Shown one piece after another: positions 60,218 through 64,000 of a stretch of DNA of 64,000 bases. Made by a program: the position numbers and the translations under genes. Origin of the DNA: an uncultured SAR86 cluster bacterium (lineage in GTDB: Bacteria; Pseudomonadota; Gammaproteobacteria; Magnimaribacterales; D2472). Every line of letters starts with the position of its first letter. Position 1 is the first letter of the stretch. The stretch is taken from the NCBI GenBank assembly GCA_902594515.1, contig CACJML010000002.1:128911-192910 (forward strand). Reading direction: 5' to 3'. The notes under the pieces were generated by a model, which was not told the DNA's origin, ran no database searches, and saw only the letters and a program-made list of their open reading frames with translations.

Positions 60218-60840
60218 AATACTTAGTTAGCTTAATCTTCTTGTTCACCCTTAACCTAAATGCAGTTGAGGTGGTGCTTCAGGATCCTCAACTTAACGAA
60301 CCTGCGCCTAAATTTAGTGCCCTTGATAGCAATGGTAAAACCATTAGCTTAGATGATTTTAAAGGTCAGCCGGTGATTTTAGAGTGGACCAATCATGAGT
60401 GTCCTTATGTGGTCAGACACTACAAAGAAGACAACATGCAAAAGGTGCAACGTATTGCTAAAGCTGAAGGCTACGTTTGGCTGAGTGTGATTTCTTCAGC
60501 ACCTGGTGAGCAAGGTTATGTGAGCGCCAAAAAAGCCAATGAGTTGACCATATCCAGAAATGCAGCGAATGATTATGTTTTATTGGATGAATCCGGAGCA
60601 CTGGGCATGCAATACGGAGCTAAAACCACTCCTCACATGTACATGATTGATGCTGAAGGGATTTTGAGGTTCAAAGGCGGAATTGATGACATTGGCGGTG
60701 GTGCAAAGTTCTTTTCAGCGTCGCTAACTGATGCAGTCAACTATATTGCAATGAATGACACGCCAGTGAGTAAGAATCAAAAACCAGACATTCAAGAAAG
60801 CGTGCCTTATGGTTGTTCCGTTAAATATAACTACGACTGA
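60214..60840 (+). CDS. Exported redoxin (AhpC/TSA/thioredoxin-like)
   Basis: 'APKFSALDSNGK', 'LEWTNHECPYV', 'AKTTPHMY', 'PYGCSVKY'; ATGA overlap with dsbD. Confidence 0.85.
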   Translation: MKYLVSLIFLFTLNLNAVEVVLQDPQLNEPAPKFSALDSNGKTISLDDFKGQPVILEWTNHECPYVVRHYKEDNMQKVQRIAKAEGYVWLSVISSAPGEQGYVSAKKANELTISRNAANDYVLLDESGALGMQYGAKTTPHMYMIDAEGILRFKGGIDDIGGGAKFFSASLTDAVNYIAMNDTPVSKNQKPDIQESVPYGCSVKYNYD

Positions 60841-61349
60841 AAGATATATTTTGACCATTCCTTATCAGGGAATGAATCACTGTTAAATGTGTAGCCATTG
60901 AGCAACGAGCTAAAGGAGGGCTTGATGGGTTCCTTAATAGGAGTGCCGGGTTTATTTGCTTTTTTAAGATTACAAGCCTTACACGCTGTCACGACATTTT
61001 CCCAATTGGAAGGTCCCTTTTTAGATTTTGGAATGACGTGATCTAAGGTTAAATCTTTTTTATCAAAAATTTCAGCACAATACTGGCAGGTATACATATC
61101 CCTCAATAAAACGTTGGATCTTGAAAACTTAACGTAGTTATGAAATTTATGGAATCTTGGCAGCATTAAAATACTTGGAACTTTCATTTCTATGGTCGGT
61201 GAATGCACCACAAAATCTTCATGCTCACGCAGCAAAATCACATTCCGTGTTAAAACTAACTTAATAGCTGTCTTCCAGTTAATAACCGATAAGGGAAAAT
61301 AGCTCACAGGCTTTCCATTCCCATTTAACAGCAGGCAATCTTTAGACAT
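60831..61349 (-). CDS. Stand-alone HNH endonuclease (McrA-like, Zn-binding)
   Basis: 'RDMYTCQYC', 'LTLDHVIPKSKKG...WENVVTACKACNLKK'. Confidence 0.88.
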   Translation of the reverse strand: MSKDCLLLNGNGKPVSYFPLSVINWKTAIKLVLTRNVILLREHEDFVVHSPTIEMKVPSILMLPRFHKFHNYVKFSRSNVLLRDMYTCQYCAEIFDKKDLTLDHVIPKSKKGPSNWENVVTACKACNLKKANKPGTPIKEPIKPSFSSLLNGYTFNSDSFPDKEWSKYIFQS

Positions 61350-61447
61350 TTCGGTAAAGTTTATTTATTTTTCTTGAAGAGTTAATATAGATCGCAAACT
61401 TAGGGGTTACAAGCTGATATTCAGCAATTTACGTAAAATTTACATAA

Positions 61448-62155
61448 ATGATGGAATTTACGCCATTTCAAATGTTCGGGCCACAGCATATGCTGACTAT
61501 ATTCGCTACGTTTGGGATTGCTTTAATCGTTCCTTATTACTTTAAAAACAGTGATATGGAGACAAAAAAAATTGCGGGTATCTCAATTTCAGTCATTATT
61601 GCTTATCAGCTGATCACCCAAGCATTCACCACGTTTACCTTTAATCTGCCTTGGCAAGAAGCACTGCCATTACACATGTGCGATATGTCAGCCATGGCGA
61701 TCATGATTTACTTATTTAATCGTAAAAAAGTATTTTTTAATTGTGCCTTCTTCTGGGGTTTGGGTGGAGCCAGCATGGCGATACTAACGCCTGATGTGCT
61801 CTTTGAGTTCCCAGAACAACAATACCTACCATTTTTTGTGATCCATGGATCAATTCTTTTGGGTGTATTTTATGCTTGCATAGTTCTCAATCAACGCCCA
61901 TTCCTAGCCGATGTGCATAAAGTAATCTTTATCACGATTATTTGCATGGGAATTATTTATGTACTGAATTTGCTTCTAGGTGAAGGTGCAAACTTCTGGT
62001 ATTTATTGAAAAAACCTGAAGCCGGTTCCATCATGGATATGTTCCCCGAACCTCCATTCCATTTATTGATAACCACGCCCATAGGAATTGTGCTGTTTTA
62101 TCTAATTTATTCACCACTATTGATTAAAGACCTCCTGGCTAAGCGTGCAGCATAA
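61448..62155 (+). CDS. YwaF/TIGR02206-like integral membrane protein
   Basis: 'FGPQH', 'LPLHMCD', 'AILTPD', 'HGSI', 'ANFWYL..KP'. Confidence 0.8.
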   Translation: MMEFTPFQMFGPQHMLTIFATFGIALIVPYYFKNSDMETKKIAGISISVIIAYQLITQAFTTFTFNLPWQEALPLHMCDMSAMAIMIYLFNRKKVFFNCAFFWGLGGASMAILTPDVLFEFPEQQYLPFFVIHGSILLGVFYACIVLNQRPFLADVHKVIFITIICMGIIYVLNLLLGEGANFWYLLKKPEAGSIMDMFPEPPFHLLITTPIGIVLFYLIYSPLLIKDLLAKRAA

Positions 62156-63149
62156 CTTCAAATCTTACGTTGCTGAGATTGAAAAAACACATAGTATTAT
62201 TGAGCCGCACATTCAAAATACTCCACTGCTAAATTCTAAAGATCTGGATGCAAAACTTGGGATGCAAATCTTTTGTAAGGCTGAAAACCTTCAGGTTACA
62301 GGATCTTTTAAAATACGCGGTGCACTCTCCGCGATTTCAAGGCTTACCGATGAGCAACTTAAACAAGGAGTTTTGGCTTACTCATCTGGCAACCATGCCC
62401 AAGGCGTCGCAATGGCAGCTAAATGTTATAAAACTAATGCAACAATCATAATGCCAAAAGATGCTCCAAAAATAAAAATACAAAATACGAAACTATTAGG
62501 CGCAAATATTCTCTTTTATGATCGAGATAAAGATAATAGAGAAGATATTGGAGAAGAGATTGCAAGAGAAGATAACTTAACTATCATCAAGCCATATGAC
62601 TCCCTTGAAACAATTTTTGGTCAAGGTACTACAGCACTGGAGGCGATTCAGCAAACTGATGTAATGATTGATTCTTCAATAATTTGTGCTGGTGGTGGTG
62701 GTTTATCTGCAGGCTGTTCAATAATTTTAAAAAAGAAATATCCAGAAATTAAAATATATACTGCAGAACCTGAGGACTGGAATGATCATGAGATTTCTTT
62801 CAAACATAAGAAGATTTTTACTTCATCTAACTCAGGTTCGAGACTATGTGATGGCATTTTAACTAGGCAACCTGGAAAAATACCTTTTTCAATAAATTTG
62901 GCGCTAAATTTAAGGGGCTTATCTTGCGAAGAAGCTTATGTTTTTAAATCAATTAAATTGGCTAAGGACGTTTTTGGTATAAATCTAGAGCCAAGTGGGG
63001 CCATTGCTCTGGCAAACCTGATAAAGCATAAAGAACACTTCTTAGATCAAAGTGTATTAATTTTTTTTTCAGGCGGGAATATTGATCCTCAAACTCTAAA
63101 CTTGTGTCTTTCTAATGCTGAAAATAATAATGATATTATAGATATTTAA
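62145..63149 (+). CDS. PLP-dependent serine/threonine dehydratase family protein
   Basis: 'KAENLQVTGSFKIRGA' (PLP Lys), 'SSGNHAQG', 'GQGT', 'AGGGGL', 'EPSGA', 'SGGNID'. Confidence 0.88.
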   Translation: MQHNFKSYVAEIEKTHSIIEPHIQNTPLLNSKDLDAKLGMQIFCKAENLQVTGSFKIRGALSAISRLTDEQLKQGVLAYSSGNHAQGVAMAAKCYKTNATIIMPKDAPKIKIQNTKLLGANILFYDRDKDNREDIGEEIAREDNLTIIKPYDSLETIFGQGTTALEAIQQTDVMIDSSIICAGGGGLSAGCSIILKKKYPEIKIYTAEPEDWNDHEISFKHKKIFTSSNSGSRLCDGILTRQPGKIPFSINLALNLRGLSCEEAYVFKSIKLAKDVFGINLEPSGAIALANLIKHKEHFLDQSVLIFFSGGNIDPQTLNLCLSNAENNNDIIDI

Positions 63150-63160
63150 TTAAACCGATA

Positions 63161-63793
63161 ATGACAGAAAAAAAATCTATAAGAACTAAAAATAGTTTAT
63201 TGGATGCAATGTGGGAACTAATCCTAGAGGGTGATAAAGTTATTTCAGTTAGAACAATTACTGAACGCGCTAAAACGGCTTATGGTTCTTTCTATCGGTA
63301 CTATAAGAATCTTGATCAAATTCACAAAGAACTTATTCAAAGAAGAGTTTCTATTCTTGCAGAATTTGGTAACAATGAATTACTACAAATTAAATCTCCT
63401 ATTCTAAGGATATATGTTGGTTATTATCTTGCTTTTGATATGTTCAAACAAGAAAATGTCTCTCAGTGGCTAAAGCAGCATCCTGTTTTTTTAAATGAAA
63501 CTTGGGAGAAGTTTTCAGAACCCACTACTGAGGCATTTCTTCAAGAAGCATTAGAAGTCAAGGATGTCCCAGAGTTTAGTAAAAAGAATTTTGAACATTA
63601 TTTACGAATTAGAGGTTTTATATTTTGGAATTATCAACACATAATTCGTCTACTTTCATCAGGCAGGGACTTAAATGATATATATATTGATTTCATGAGT
63701 GCTACTAACTTATTGAATTTACCATCTAAAATACATCACGATCTTGTTAACAAATCTCTAAAAATAATTAAAGATTTTCAGCTTCCTGGTTAA
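63161..63793 (+). CDS. TetR/AcrR family transcriptional regulator
   Basis: N-terminal HTH 'ISVRTITERAKTAYGSFYRYYKNLD'. Confidence 0.75.
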   Translation: MTEKKSIRTKNSLLDAMWELILEGDKVISVRTITERAKTAYGSFYRYYKNLDQIHKELIQRRVSILAEFGNNELLQIKSPILRIYVGYYLAFDMFKQENVSQWLKQHPVFLNETWEKFSEPTTEAFLQEALEVKDVPEFSKKNFEHYLRIRGFIFWNYQHIIRLLSSGRDLNDIYIDFMSATNLLNLPSKIHHDLVNKSLKIIKDFQLPG

Positions 63794-63801
63794 TAACTTT
63801 T

Positions 63802-64000
63802 ATGCAATTTAGTATTAAGCAGCTTACAAGGTATGGTTTGTATGGATTTGCAATATTTGCAAGCCTTCTTCCCTTATTTAATCCGTTTAATATTTTTACA
63901 AATTTGCAGAACTATTCTTTTGATACTTTTCAACAGCTATTTCCTCGAAAAGTTTACGAGGATGATCCAGTAGTCATTGTTGATATTGATGATCATTCAT
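63802..64000 (+). CDS. CHASE2-domain membrane protein, 5' part (3' truncated; not in ORF track)
   Basis: Open frame to window end: MQFSIKQLTRYGLYGFAIFASLLPLF...FDTFQQLFPR...DPVVIVDIDDHS; TM segment followed by the CHASE2 start motif 'VVIVDID'. Confidence 0.7.
   Translation, partial: MQFSIKQLTRYGLYGFAIFASLLPLFNPFNIFTNLQNYSFDTFQQLFPRKVYEDDPVVIVDIDDHS

Noticed and set aside
41876-60840. Selenocysteine recoding in the redox proteins (TlpA, DsbD, redoxin)
   Set aside because: All catalytic positions are ordinary Cys codons in uninterrupted frames
63061-63069. T9 run in the dehydratase gene as a slippage site
   Set aside because: Encodes Ile-Phe-Phe just before the conserved SGGN motif; truncation would remove a catalytic motif, so there is no functional logic like that in dnaX

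Overview
AT-rich, very gene-dense bacterial chromosome segment. Gene content (a stand-alone blue-tuned proteorhodopsin, tandem large TonB-dependent receptors, gammaproteobacterial housekeeping genes, minimal intergenic spacers) suggests a streamlined marine gammaproteobacterium, most likely SAR86-like; this is inferred, not tested phylogenetically. The window is mostly core genome: gltX-dnaQ-rnhA/gloB-mltD, oppABC, fabI, tig-clpP-clpX-lon-hupB-ppiD, folD, fabY-like KAS, folE, gpsA, htpG, xseA, wrbA, sppA, hda, purM/purN, dcd, recR-dnaX-recX, hsp20 and dsbD, plus five tRNAs (His, Arg, Pro, Asp, Val). I saw no CRISPR array, integrase, transposase or prophage. The most interesting signals are mostly regulatory and not in the ORF track. 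(1) An A10 run in dnaX at the end of clamp-loader domain III has stop codons right after it in both shifted frames, a candidate slippage site for making the gamma subunit. (2) Many operon-leading genes have a -10 hexamer 6-9 nt before an SD-less start codon, suggesting widespread leaderless mRNAs, with overlapping back-to-back -10 boxes in 16-25 bp divergent spacers. (3) The glutamate dehydrogenase is animal-type and carries an antenna-like insertion. (4) A three-hairpin ROSE-like RNA thermometer precedes hsp20. (5) One CDS has its stop codon inside tRNA-Val. (6) An unlisted 51-aa DUF2256-like zinc-finger ORF lies near the rhodopsin. (7) A tandem palindromic operator sits over the promoter of a membrane protein-XRE operon. 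Two real ORFs are missing from the track: DUF2256-like and a partial CHASE2 protein at the right edge. All family assignments come from recalled motifs, not database searches.
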